DNA of 60,057 nucleotides, the filler included, from Hausera hauseri (lineage: Eukaryota): assembly GCA_046269625.1 (NCBI GenBank). It is 11 parts of 11 records of this genome, joined end to end, with 100 filler letters (N's around TTAATTAATTAA, not from the genome) between each part and the next. Parts side by side here need not be neighbours in the genome. Positions count along the whole stretch, not along the records: positions 1 to 4,000 come from JBJURY010828194.1; positions 4,101 to 8,150 come from JBJURY010793979.1; positions 8,251 to 14,300 come from JBJURY010147868.1; 8 more parts are not named here. One strand, 5' to 3'. Below are positions 1-12,414 of the stretch, piece after piece. Both the position numbers and the translations under genes were made by a program. The notes below the pieces were generated by a model that was not told where the DNA came from, did no database searches, and saw only the letters and a list, made by a program, of their open reading frames with translations. Positions within the stretch are counted from its first letter, which is position 1, and every line of letters starts with the position of its first letter.

Positions 1-3000
1 GTGCCCGTTTGAATGTTGCATAATTTTTAGATTTGACTGAATTAGGTAAAGCAACAGCATAGCCGAATCTATTGCGGAATAAATATGTGTGAGGTTGGGT
101 AAGGTCTGGTAACAGCTCATTACGTATGGAATATGGATATGATTTAAGCTGAAGAAAGTGATGAAAAGAAACCGGTTTCAAATTATATAAAATCTGATGG
201 ACAAATAAGAGATCCAAAAATTGAAGAATCTGTAGACGAGAGAGGAGGGTGCGAGTATTTTTGGAAGTGATACCACCTTCTTTGTCGCCTAAGGGAATTT
301 GCTATCTGGTCTCTTCTCTCTGTGCCTTCGTACTGCAAATTCTTCAACCCTGAGTTGTAAGTGACCGTTTCACTCGTGAATTCAATGTTCAGTTATGAAC
401 AAGACAAACTACCAGGAGAAAGAAAAAAGGGCATCTTAAGTAGATGGAAAGATTCAATGTTCAATTTTGAACAAGACAAACCACTTACAGAAAAACAAAT
501 GGCACCTTACATAAATGGAAAGAATATTGTTGAAAGGTGTGTACAGAAGAAATGAGTTCTGCAAACATTCATAATATTAAAGAAAAAGAACGTACAGTTT
601 GTAGAGAGATTTCAAGGTGCCTACATTTTAGTCTGAAGACTGTATTTTAAGCAGCAAAATGACATTGTGAATACTGTTCATAACTGTGGAAGTATAAAGT
701 TACATTACTTACAGTTTACTGTTGGGAGACTTCATACTGTTAAAAATGAAAATGTGAGTATCGCTGACAAACAGAAGCATGGATTAAGCTGACACAAACA
801 CTGTGGCCGCCTATACTTTTGATGAGAATTCCTGCAGTATTGGTACCCAGTTTCTAATCAACAAAATTCAACTTGAAATTTATTGTGCAGAGCAAAATGT
901 TACTTGTAAATCAAAACAATAATGAACCAAACATTTTGTAGATTAATGATGGTTGTACAATCTATAAATTTTGAATTTTAATTATTCTAAAATTGTTGTA
1001 ATTAATATAACTTATACTAGATTAAAGAACAACGTATACATTAAATGGGCAAATAAATGATGTAAATTATACGTTCTCGAAGTGTTAAAGCTTTTTAAGT
1101 AAAAGAAGTTTGAAAAACAACAACTTCAGTTAAGTGAATACTAATCTTAAATTTGAACGCACTACAGAAGTCGTATTCACTAGATATAAACATGAACGCA
1201 TGAACGCGCCAAAATATATAAATATCACCACGCAAGCTAAAATGTGTATGCTATATTAACGATGACAATGCCATAAGAATAAATAATAATAATAACAAAC
1301 AATTATTAATATAATAAAAATACCATTAATAATAATACATAATAGTAAAAAAGAATATTGAGCTAAACTCATAAAATCCCATCTCAACCAAGCAAATAAG
1401 TCGTATTTTCCGAGTTATTTTCTTTAAACTTACGCAAAATAAATAACTAACAATACTACAATGTAAAGCTAATCACAAAAGGATGAAAAAAAGATGCACA
1501 ACAGTATGTCGTCTATTCTGTGAACCTGTGAGTAACTTGAGCATGTTTAATGAAACTAACATATTCAATAAATGCTATAAATAATGAGCAAAAAAATAAA
1601 ATCTAAATGTCAATGAATTTCATGAATCCTGCCATATACCCACAACCATGCACTAGATATGTGACTCAGAAATAAAATAAACCCGTTCAAAGTGCCGGCC
1701 AATAGAAAATCTTACAAAAGTGTAAATTCAAATCAATCCAACAAATTATATTCTTTAAAAAAGTTTAACACGAACCAAATCCACATGAACACCGATCAAT
1801 AATGAGACGAAATCGACACTTTTACAAATAAAAATTATTTGATTTTCCACTAATCATGGAAATAAGAAGACGACAAGAAAAAAGGTGTTTAATTCATCAA
1901 AACGTAGAAATCATCCAATTTTAACATAACAAGTACAGTTAATAGAAAGTTAAACAGTATGTGTAAGCTTCAACGTTTAAACCGCAACATTTTATACATT
2001 CACCGGTTATTTTTCCAAGTAAAAAGGGTTTGAAATCTTCATGCGAAATTTACATTAACTCGAACAGAAAATGATTTTACGAGATCTGGCTTCGATTTCG
2101 ATAAATCGACTTCTTATAATGACCATACACGGATCCTAACGTTGGTGCATCTTTGAATACGTGTACAATTTGAAATTTTGTCGCATGTATTCACGAGGAT
2201 CGAAATAAGCGATAAAGGTAAGACAGAATGTGGAATACAATCCACGTTTTTTGGAACATTTTTCAATTGCATTTTCATTGATTGCAATAAATGCATCAAG
2301 AAAGGAAAGGATTCTAAATTTCAATTCTAATTATCACACGACTTTCGTTGCCGTATTACGATTCAACAGAGGTCACGAACAAAGAACATTTAAAAGTCCC
2401 AAAATTTATATTTACGTTGACCATATGTTCATTTTGAAGTATTTTATGGTCAAATATTCGGCAAAATGGATAAAAAATAACCCGACGTTTTATTCAAATA
2501 ATCGATTTATATTCAATAGATTGTACATTTTGGGACCCAGATAATTTGATAACAACATTATCCGTGATTCATATTAAACCGCTGCCTACTATATACAGTC
2601 GTATAGTTCTAACCAAAAACAAATACAAATGTCGATATTGATTTGATTTATAAAACTGAGAGTTCAGTTTGAATTTATCTCCAACTTATTCCTTGCCTCC
2701 CCCACGAATTTAAATTTTTACATATTCGAAATTTTAAACATTTTGTAAATAATTCTATGAAGATAAGGTAAAATCATATTACAAAATATAACGAATAAGT
2801 CAATAAGATTTACTAAACGAAACCAAATCCATCAAATCAATAAATAAACTATATAGTCCAAAAATTTGACATACATCATAGAAAATAAAACTTTCTAACT
2901 AACAAATTCTCTAAATATCTAATATCGTCAATATTTATTTCAAATTCAGAAAAAAGACAATCTTATACCAAATACAAAAATATTTCTCACAAATAAAATA

Positions 3001-4000
3001 AACTATATAGTTCATTAAAAATTTTGTAATAAAATCTTTCGACAAATAATGCTAAATAACATTCGGTTTACGGAATTTGTTTCAGGGTTATTTTCATTCC
3101 AAAACTTCATTTTTAAATTAGCGTTAATTTCATCCAGTTTTCAATGGGAATTAACTATGGGGCAATTCGAATTAATTACTTCAAAGTTCAATTTTTTAAA
3201 ATTAACAAAAATTTTTAAGCATGCCCAATTCGTCCTGTTTTGGATTTTCATACAACTTTTAACTAATGAATAATCCTTTTATAATTGCTTACCAATTAGA
3301 ATTAATTAAGATTAATTAAAAAAACTATATAGTTCTAAATTTTAAAGAAACACATTGAAAATGTTCAACAAATTTTCACTTTAATAAACATTTTACATAC
3401 GTATCGATATCTCCATTACCTGATCAAATCTTAATTGAACAAAATCTTAATTGAACAAACATATGTAGTAATTGATCAAATCTATTTCTCATTGAACAAA
3501 CATATGTTTCACTTAATTGATTATCATTGAAATATTGACAATATGTTTAATTTTAAGTGTCGTATGTTTTTGTTGTTATTTTATGAACGTTATTGAATGG
3601 GTACATTGATTTATAGTGGTTTCCAAATAATTTTTGAATTGATCTTAACGATTATTTACATGTGGTGATACAAGTGGTGATATATAGATTCAACTATAAA
3701 TAGTTGAATCGAAAAGACTAAAGACACACAAAAAATTCTGGCTGATACGTCTTGCTGTTATCTCTATGTTTATAAGTAAGCATCGATTCATTGTACGTTT
3801 TTATATGGTTATCATCTATTGTTGTTTGTTTAGAGAATTATAAATTGTTTTGTTTACATTCGTTAACTTGTGTATCAGTCAACGCTATATAACGCTAAAT
3901 AACTAAATAATTGTGGATTTGTTATCCGTCCAGGTCGAACCTACCTGACGGAACCATCTAAGTAAATTTAGTGACAAGTATAACCTTAAGGCCAAGTAAT

Positions 4001-4100
4001 NNNNNNNNNNNNNNNNNNNNNNNNNNNNNNNNNNNNNNNNNNNNTTAATTAATTAANNNNNNNNNNNNNNNNNNNNNNNNNNNNNNNNNNNNNNNNNNNN
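4001..4100. other. Artificial contig linker N44-TTAATTAATTAA-N44 (also at 8151, 14301, 18813, 23209, 29333, 33821, 40511, 48964, 54570)
   Basis: The same 100-nt six-frame-stop spacer occurs ten times; it is an assembly artefact. Confidence 0.98.
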
Positions 4101-4573
4101 TGCTGCCCTGATCATTTTTTTCCCATTTGTGTGCCCATTTGTAATCTTTCAGATTTTTGTTTTTCACCCTATTTATGATTTTTTGCTTTAGTTTTGCATT
4201 GCCTCCTGCTTTTGTAAGTCATTAAAATATTGTGATTCGTTGTACTTCCAGCCCACCCTTTGGGTTTTCGCCAACTGCTCATATTGTGAGACAATATGGA
4301 AATAATGAGAGCAAAGGGGAAAAAAATAAAAGCACAGCACACACAGGACATGTTTGGTTATTAACATTAAACTGTAACAGATATGTGCTCAAATATAATG
4401 TGAAACCTGAGACCGTCGAGCACAAAGTCACAAATCCTGAAGTGTCTTTAAAATGCAAATGTATGCTAAATAACATGCACGTTTAGATGATGTTTGCAAC
4501 CTAACATTATAGTAATGCATACATCTGAGTGGATGAATGTGACATTTTTGTTCTGTATTTACATAAAACAAAC

Positions 4574-4694
4574 TATGGCTGCTGCGTCGGAGTCGAGAAT
4601 TCTGATCTGGAGCATTTTTTAGGCACGTGAAGATAAAACCGCTAGAAATGTAGGAATCGGAGTCGAATGTTTTGGATCCGACTCTGCAATCATG
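4574..4694. mobile_element. hAT-type MITE
   Basis: Imperfect TIRs (tatggctgctgcgtcgga / tccgactctgcaatcatg), internal GGAGTCG motifs, 8-bp flanks aaacaaac / aagcaaac (1 mismatch), matching hAT TSD length. Confidence 0.7.
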
Positions 4695-5045
4695 AAGCAA
4701 ACGATCGATTTATAAATAATATATACTGTAATAATTTTTACGTTAAAATTATTATTCATTTTCAAAATCCGTGACAAAGAATTAAATCATGGACCATTAT
4801 TCTAACAAATAAAAACAATACTAGAAATGCAAGGAAATGTAAGCAACTTGCGTATCATAAATCCTGTGGTACACTTGCTCTCAAAAAATGGATTTTTTTC
4901 CCAAAAATACTTGCTGACTATTTGGATGACCTTGTGAATAAATGGCACATTTATCGGAAAAGAAAACTTTCGCTGGTCGTACGGTATTATTATATTTTAG
5001 AATAATAGCTTCACATGCATTCACGATCAATAATGGACAAAAATT

Positions 5046-5423
5046 AAGCTTTAACTACCTTGTACGCTTTTAATTGAAGTTCATTCGTAAGAATCCGATG
5101 AACAGAGGATTTTGATACATCTGTTGCGTGCGACAGATGGCGTAGTGAAGACGTTAGATTCACTCAACCGCAGTTTTGATCATCGCAACTGTACCAGCAT
5201 CTACACTGGGCGTACCAGAACATGGTTTGTCAGGAATTGAACCAGAAGTAAGAGGTTTTTCTGACCCACACCTGATAACCCTGGCATCTGGGGGTTCAAT
5301 TTTATGTTTATCACGTAACTTCGCTTTAACTTCCCTTATATCCGCGATGGTACCATTACTGTCATAAAGCCATTCAACTGCCAAGACCCGATATTCAATA
5401 GTATAATCACATTTATCAGCCAT
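5046..5423 (-). pseudogene. Tc1/mariner transposase N-terminal HTH remnant (DUF4817-like)
   Basis: YTIEYRVLAVEW...PPDARVIR...TSGSIPDKPCSGTPS, then after a frameshift SLRHLSHATDVSKSSVHRILTNELQLKAYKV; no DDE domain seen. Confidence 0.8.
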
Positions 5424-5729
5424 AACTGATTACTAGATGATTCGGTAAAGCACATACAAAAACAGATAAGTAGATAGAAGTGAGAACACTGCATAAAGAC
5501 CCAACGCCTACGTACAGAGTTCGAATAGATGTGGTTCATAGATGAATCATGGGTGAGAAAAAATGATACACACATGCACGGTTAATAGGATGGAGATATG
5601 AGACATACAGTTACAAAAGTGATGCACAAGCAGGCGTGCTACAGGGATTCGGAAGTGGTTTTAAATTTTAAATTTTGCGCCAAAATTTTTTCCAAATTTT
5701 CCAAATTTTTCAAAATTGTATTTATATGG

Positions 5730-5950
5730 GAATAGGGGGAAATGTACCTTAGGTCCCACTCCAGAGGGAGTAATCGATAAACCGATACTGCATATATGCG
5801 AATCGATACTGCACCCGGAGCACTATCGATTGGTAATGTACATGGCAACGGTGCCCAATGGTGCACATTTTACTTTTCTATCGCTGCACATTTCACTATT
5901 GATCGAATCGATTGGAAAAAAGTGCTAATCGGTAGTACAAGTGTGCAAAA
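5730..5950. repeat. ATCGAT/GTGCAC-rich dispersed repeat, probably a DNA-transposon terminus; related copy at 14061-14300
   Basis: Shared blocks gcactatcgat, ttgatcgaatcgat and aagtgctaatc in both places; the 14061 copy begins TA|CAGT like Tc1/mariner ends. Confidence 0.55.
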
Positions 5951-6164
5951 ATTAATAACATCGGTTTTCCGATAATTCTAATATTGATAAATAGCACATG
6001 TGACGGGGTTTGTTCGAAAGCAAATACGGTGCACTATATGAATGTGCAATTAAAATTTAAATCTATCTATTCATTTTCGAATAACATCGACCCGACGTGC
6101 AACTGGAGCCGAAGGTACATAGGATTTTTCTGCTTCAAGGAAGCAAAAATCGATATTACATTGA

Positions 6165-6590
6165 GGGGGATAGATAGGAAACCGAGTATGGAGATATCGA
6201 ATATATAGTAGAATATTAGTAATTCAAAATATTTCCACCTCGAATATCGAACTCCGAACTTTTCGAAAAATCTAATGATGGCATTCGATTCCCATGTCCG
6301 GAAACCCCGTAATCCATTAAAGCTATTCCACGAAAATTTACTACATAGATATAAAATCAATATTTCGAATTAAGCAAAATGTGGATTTAAAGCGCAGTGA
6401 AGCAGAAATCGATAAATATAATAGCGCACACAGATAGGAAGCCATATATGGCAAATCGGAATATGGCATCATATATTTGAATTCGAGCTTTAAAGTCGAA
6501 TATTTAGCTATTCAAACTCGAAAACTCGGTTATGCGTGCATTAGTCGAAGAATCTAATGACGTCATTCGATTCCCCATATTTGAAAACCT
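6165..6590. repeat. Imperfect ~270-bp tandem duplication (transposon subterminal-type repeat)
   Basis: agataggaa at ~6172 and ~6432; aatctaatga..cattcgattccc at ~6269 and ~6551. Confidence 0.55.
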
Positions 6591-6683
6591 TATTTTAAAT
6601 TTGATGCCGACGTGCATTTAATTTGATGCATTAAAACAAAATGTGCTATATTTAGTGAATAAATAAAATGTCAAATATGGAAT

Positions 6684-6974
6684 ATGATCTACATAATGGA
6701 CTTTATTAATAATCTTTTATCTGATATGAACAAACTCACAGCGGATGATGCGTCGTATGAAGATGTTCCTGAATATACATATAGTCTATCAGAAGATCAT
6801 AGAGAAAATGAAGATATAGATGCAGCTAGTAAACCTGAAGATACTGAATTGTTTGAGGAATGCTGCCAAGATTGCCAACAAAGTGAATGTGGCGATGACG
6901 ACATTGAAATCAATATTATCAAGGAAGAGGAGGAAGACGTGACGATGAAAATTGATTATGTGCGAGTGTTATAA
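6684..6974 (+). CDS. Small acidic hypothetical protein
   Basis: 96-aa ATG-initiated ORF followed by AATAAA (~7001); converges on the TBP-like ORF; no recognisable domain. Confidence 0.35.
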   Translation: MIYIMDFINNLLSDMNKLTADDASYEDVPEYTYSLSEDHRENEDIDAASKPEDTELFEECCQDCQQSECGDDDIEINIIKEEEEDVTMKIDYVRVL

Positions 6975-7029
6975 TGACACATTTTTATTGTTTTTGTGTT
7001 AATAAAGTTGTTGTATACACATGTTGCTT

Positions 7030-7391
7030 TTTGAAATAAGACAAACATAAATCGATAATAATATATTGCCTAAAACGCAACTAACAAAATCACTATAATT
7101 CAAATCCTTCAAACCAGTTATACCAATTTTCCAATATGAAAGACATTTACACATAGAGGATTATAACAAGTTAATCTGAGTGCAGGAAATAATTCTGGTT
7201 CATAGAGACTTGGGCTATTCCTCGCCAATGTGTTGAGATCTATGGGTTCACCAAAATTACATGTCACTGTAATTGATTGTATACCAACAACTGAAATATT
7301 GTAGGACAAACTGCATGGATCAATGGGCTTTTTACACCCCATTATCCAATGAAACTGTACTGAAACCTTTGTAATTGATGTTGCTCAACAT
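7030..7391 (-). pseudogene. Divergent TATA-binding-protein-like gene (viral/Polinton type), frameshifted and internally deleted
   Basis: MLSNINYKG... then IQSITVTCNFGEPIDLNTLA..SLYEPELFPALRL...VNVFHIGKLV / ITGLK. YEPELFP and F..GK.V.TG are TBP repeat-2 signatures. Confidence 0.75.
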
Positions 7392-7420
7392 TTTTGTAAA
7401 AATGAGTGGTGACGTATTAA

Positions 7421-7500
7421 CTTATATACTTTTTTCAACTGCCTTTTGATTGGTTCATTTAAATTGGTCAAATTTGATTGGTTCATTCAAATTGGACAAA
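7421..7500 (-). promoter_or_regulatory. Putative promoter of the TBP-like ORF
   Basis: GTATATAAG about 30 nt upstream of the ATG at 7391, preceded by a duplicated block with several CCAAT boxes. Confidence 0.4.
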
Positions 7501-8250
7501 TCATTATTTCAAAAATCCTTTCGCAGAATGGTGAATTTTCATTCTGCTCTACTGAATTACATCTACTTTTAGAACTGCAACATAGAAAATACTGATGTGT
7601 CACTTGGCCGAGCGATTGATGAGGTGCTAGGCTTTCCAAACTGTAAGAGAAAGACAGAATATTTGATCGATTACATGAGAAAGCTGAAAGAGCAATTGGA
7701 TATAACATATCCTTATGGGGCTGAAGTAGATAGAAGGGAGCGCATGACGCCAACCCCCTCCTCCGGGGAAGCAAGGAAGCCAATGAACACGTCATGGGGG
7801 GAAGGAAAACTGGCGATTGAGAGTAGGACACGTCATCGGGGGGAAGGAAAAAAATTTATTTAAATTTCGATACTGAACAAAGGAAATTTGGTGCAGTCGG
7901 GGTTTCATTATTCCCACCTCCAATTTGTTTAAATTTTGCAAAGTTGTTACTTGTGTCACTTTCGAAAAAAATTTGTCAAAATGTACACTATGACAAAACA
8001 TAAAACAAAACACAAGACAAAACATAACACAAGGAAGTCTGTACAAATATTTATTAATATAACAAATACAAACAATCATATATTTATACATTTTACAATA
8101 TTGCCCATAGGCGACACTTTTGTTTTTCGATATCCAGTGTCGTTTGTAATNNNNNNNNNNNNNNNNNNNNNNNNNNNNNNNNNNNNNNNNNNNNTTAATT
8201 AATTAANNNNNNNNNNNNNNNNNNNNNNNNNNNNNNNNNNNNNNNNNNNN

Positions 8251-8931
8251 AGTTGAGAAAGGATATATTACATTCTCTGCATAAAACCACAATTTATTCA
8301 GTCATAGATCTCGAAAAAGCCTACCACCACATACCGGGAACACCTGAAGACATCCAAAAAAGGTCCATAATAGCACCCTTTAATCTCTTTGATTACGCAT
8401 TCATGACGTTCGCCTTAAAGAACGCAGTCCAAACTTTTCTACGGCATACTGATTCTATCCTCTCAGGCTTATCATTCGTATATCCATATTTTGACGATAT
8501 AAACGTAGCTCTGACCTCACCTAAACAGCATGAAGAACATCTCAAACTAGTTTTTCAACGCTTGCATAACAACTTACAAATCAACTTTACTAAGTGTTCT
8601 TTCTTGAAGGAAAAGGTTAACTTCTTGGTCACATAGTTACACCCGACGGACATAGTCAACAACTTGATAGGGTCTATCAATTACGAAACATCGAATTACC
8701 TAAAACCACAACGGATATGCGTAGCTTTTTCGGGACTGTGCACTTCATTCATAAATACGTCCCACACTGTAGCCAGTTAACTGCTCATTTTGCTCAACTA
8801 AGAGCAGGGCAAAAGAATCAGCCTCTAATTTGGACATCAGAACTAATAAACCCATTTGACGAACTTCGTAACAATCTCAAAACAGTGGAAATACTAACTT
8901 ACCCAAGGCCCGATGATGATATAATCCTAAC
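8251..8931 (+). mobile_element. Gypsy (CsRn1-like) RT to RNase H junction, degenerate; continues at 11258
   Basis: IDLEKAYHHIP...MTFALKNAVQTF...YPYFDDI...KC.F; close to the RT at 52000-52900. Confidence 0.9.
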
Positions 8932-8959
8932 TGTTACTTTTCGATTCATGAATGCTTTG

Positions 8960-9345
8960 AACATCCGGTTGCACACCCGACTCCTTTATCTTTCTGCCGG
9001 ACATTGTTTCAAATGCGCCATTGAAAGCCACTACTTTCGGTTTGAATTTTTTAATTTTTTAATTAACACTGATTTCGAAGCATGTAATTCAAAAGAAGTT
9101 AATTCGGAAGACCACTTCGTTGGGCAACTGCATAAATATGTAAAACCAATTCCATAAACCATAAGTTTAGTTCATCTTGGTAACTAAATTAGTTGGAACT
9201 TTCAAACAAACGATTATTTACTTCGGCATAATGATGACCAACTTCTGAAGAACGAATACCATGATTATATCCAACAAATAAAATATCCAAATTTTTTTAA
9301 TATAGTCCGGTGGAATACCACTTTTTGTAGTAAACATTTGAAACT
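8960..9345 (-). pseudogene. TDG: G/T-mismatch thymine DNA glycosylase (TDG/MUG family) fragment
   Basis: PDYIKK/LDILFVGYNHG..SEVGHHYA...YGIGFTYLCSCPTKWSSEL...KLKKFKPKVVAFNG...GVQP, with frameshifts and stops. Confidence 0.8.
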
Positions 9346-9879
9346 AATATTTTTACAGATTCTTAAAAGGGCCAACAGAGAATTAAAATTCAAAAGATAA
9401 CAGCAATAGTGTTTTATTAAAACAATTACAATAATATTTTTTCATTTAAAAAATTCAGATGAATTTATTGCGGATCATAGATAACTATGACTTATGACTT
9501 ATTGTTAAGCTTCAGGCTATAAGAATTGTGTTACAATCATTCCAATGTACAAAATATCACATCATCATCATCATTATAGTGAAACGATAGAGATTACACA
9601 CCAACAAACAAATATCAAAATCCTGTATCATCATAAACATCGACACCATTGTTCACATTTTCATTGCGAGTCTCCGTTTCATTTGTAATTTTTCTGGAGC
9701 TTTGATCAATTTCAGAGGACGTTTTGGAATTTTGGTTGTTTATTGCTGTTGTGGATGGTGAATGAGTGCTAAAAGATCTTCCGTTATGAATGCCACTTGA
9801 TGAACACAGATAATCCTGATCTCGACCATCATCTGGCTTCCATTGTTTGTGATTCTCTACTATCGATATATCTTTTTCA

Positions 9880-10500
9880 GAACTCGATTTTTCTTCAGAA
9901 AATTGCCATTGTCGTCGCTTCAATTCTTGGTTAGGCAATTCCAACTTGAATTTTTCTTATGTCAATTGACGACGAAAAGTTTTTGCATTCTGCTTCAAAT
10001 TCACAATTGATAGCATTGCATCGTGATAAATCTCGATTCAAATGATCAGATTTTGTTTTTTGACTATTGAAATGTATCCATTTCCGATTAAAGCTCGGCA
10101 ATCTGTTGCTGCGAATCCATATGGTTCCGAAATTCCTTTTCTCTTCCGGCCGACATCACCGTTTCTAAGTTTCTGATGTTTTATTGTAGCGAATTGATCT
10201 CAATTTTTTGACTTTAATTGTTCCACTTCTAACAATCGACAAGATATCTATCTTTGAATATTTTCCTTGCAATTTTCCAAACGGGTGCATAGATCTCTCA
10301 TAGTAGCTAATTCTTTCAACAGTTCGTTATGAACTACCAATGCACGTAGTTCCTGGCCCCGATGATTATTAACATCATAGATTCGTTTCAATTGTTGCTC
10401 AAGGTTAAGATCATACATTAGTCTTTCAACTTTCTGGCTGCAGTCACCGCCGGTCATTGAATGGAAATCGGATTTGGAAATAGTTAAGTCGCAATTATCG
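9880..10500 (-). pseudogene. Coiled-coil fragment resembling the CEP135/TSGA10 C-terminus
   Basis: ELLKELATMRDLCTRLENCKENIQR*ISCRLLEVEQL and RRQLT*EKFKLELPNQELKRR recall CEP135 C-terminal motifs; several stops. Coiled-coil similarity can be non-specific. Confidence 0.5.
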
Positions 10501-11257
10501 GCGTTTGCTCGATTTAAAAACGTTGTTGATGTTCTTATGCTATCTAGTTTTGTCGAATGATGGGAGTCCAACAGGCCAGTAATTCGTCCGTTTTGGTTAA
10601 TTGCCTGTGGTTCAGCTTTGACCCAGTTTCTTGATCTCGAGAATCATTGATATTCGTTTTTAGAACAGTTATTGACGAGGACAGCGGACTAGAGGGATGC
10701 GTTGTCGTTGCGAATCGATTAATATTTTCTGACAAATTTCTTGGATTCAAATTCAGAGAACTAAAACTTGAATCTTGTTTGTCAAATGTTGTTGACTACA
10801 GTGGCTACTATGTCTTGCATGCGTAATATCTTGCCGGTAAACAGTTGCTGCTCGAAAGAATAGGTCAAGTTTCATTTTAAACGGGCGACCTTTGAACACG
10901 TCTTCAAAATCCTGTTGATAAAATGTCAACATATCACAGTTTGCTTAGCAAGACTGAAAAATCAATTTAAAAATTTGTTTTTTATCGGCCATCAGAGGTT
11001 TATGGAAGCACACGGTCATAATGTCATAGTTTAATAATATGGGATATTGATCGAATAAAATGACTAATCGGTTTATGGTAGAGGAAAGGCAATACTGAAT
11101 GTTCATCGTTGTCATTCGAATTTCAAATAATCGGTATCATGGATACTCCTTCGAGGTGGAAAATTGGGTTCGACTATGGGCCCCACGCGGCGGCGGCGGA
11201 CGCCCGGCCGTGTCTAACCAAATGGGCCAGAGGGCGCCGGCCGCTGTGAGCACCACA

Positions 11258-11900
11258 CTAACAACCGACACCTCCATAACAGCAGTCGGCGCAGTTCTCC
11301 ACCAAACCTACCAAGTCACACGCTATATTGTCACAGATCAAGTCCCCCTATTCAATTCAAACCTATTAAAATCCTTAGTTAATCAACCGGGCATAAACCA
11401 CACACAACTCCATATCACCCCAATTGAACGGCTTATTTGAGCGTTTTCATCGAACCCTTAAAATGTCATTAAATATTCTTGTCGAAATTCACACCGACTG
11501 AACAACCGTCCTTCCTTTCGTATTACCATGGTGGCGCAACACGCCACCATTACCGCCGGTTGTGCATCCACAAAAGCACTCTTCGGCACCACGATACGTG
11601 CACTTTTTGAATTAACTGACTTGCATAACACACAGACCGACTAGACGATACGATCTGCGCAAAACCATTTCACCCAGTTAAGCCAGGACTCTGCAAAATC
11701 ATACACGGTGATAAGTCATATTTGCTCGAATCGTTGTTCAACGCAAAATTCATGTGGTTGAAAAATCCTACACCATCAGGATTTAAACCGCACTATTTAG
11801 GACCCTCTACAGTTTTAAACATAACTTTCCACACAGTTACCATAAGTAAAACGGCAAAGATCAAAATGTTGACGATGCGTCTCATTCATCGCTTAACTCC
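11258..11900 (+). mobile_element. Gypsy RNase H start and integrase remnant (internally deleted)
   Basis: TTDTSITAVGAVLHQ, IVTDQ..F.S.L, ERFHRTLK and FKPHYLGP; parallels 53700-54300. Confidence 0.8.
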
Positions 11901-12211
11901 ACACAACTTTTCTAGAGTCTTTCGCTTCAAAATCACACTCCACTCAAGCTGATACACCAAACAACTTGCCGATCAATCTCCAATCTGCTGACATTCAAAA
12001 TCATCACACAATTTCACCCCAATCATTTCAGCAGATCGCTAAACATCAAGTAACATATCGCAAGTCAGTTTTAGCAAATACAGTAGGAAGCAAAATATCA
12101 ATAAAGTACAACGTCAGATACACACGAAAACTGAATAGGACATAAACATTTTCCCTTTTCTGCGTTTTTCCTTTTCATACTTCTTCTGTATTGTAATACT
12201 ATCTTTGTTAC

Positions 12212-12414
12212 GGGGAGGGAGTAATGTGGTGCCGCAGTTTCGGGCGCTACCACAATTCCGCATTTTGTTTTTTACACTCAACACAGTTTTCACCATTGTG
12301 TTGGTCGTCCCGATCCTTGCTTGCCAGTTCCCGCTGGTTTGGCAGTTGACCGGTCCACTATTCACCCGAAATCGATTTATTCACATTACTAAAGAAGAAT
12401 CGAGCTATACCACG
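12212..12414 (+). mobile_element. Polypurine tract and start of Gypsy 3' LTR
   Basis: GGGGAGGGAGTAA (12212-12224) directly followed by TGTGGTGCCG. The LTR end is uncertain (ACCACG near 12414). Confidence 0.7.

Larger units (their letters stand above)
8932..11257 (-). mobile_element. 2326-bp TG...CA insertion with 5-bp TSD (CTAAC) carrying host-gene fragments
   Basis: CTAAC at 8927-8931 and 11258-11262. Excision restores the Gypsy frame DDIILTTDTSITAVGAVLHQ. The minus strand starts TGTGGTGCTCAC and ends GTAACA. Confidence 0.85.

Noticed and set aside
1-3400. Short ORFs and a small duplicated motif (SMFSYEQDK / SMFNFEQDK at ~381 and ~453)
   Set aside because: No recognisable domain or splice model; left unannotated.
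4001-4100. Regularly recurring TTAATTAATTAA as a biological repeat or CRISPR array
   Set aside because: Artificial assembly spacer.
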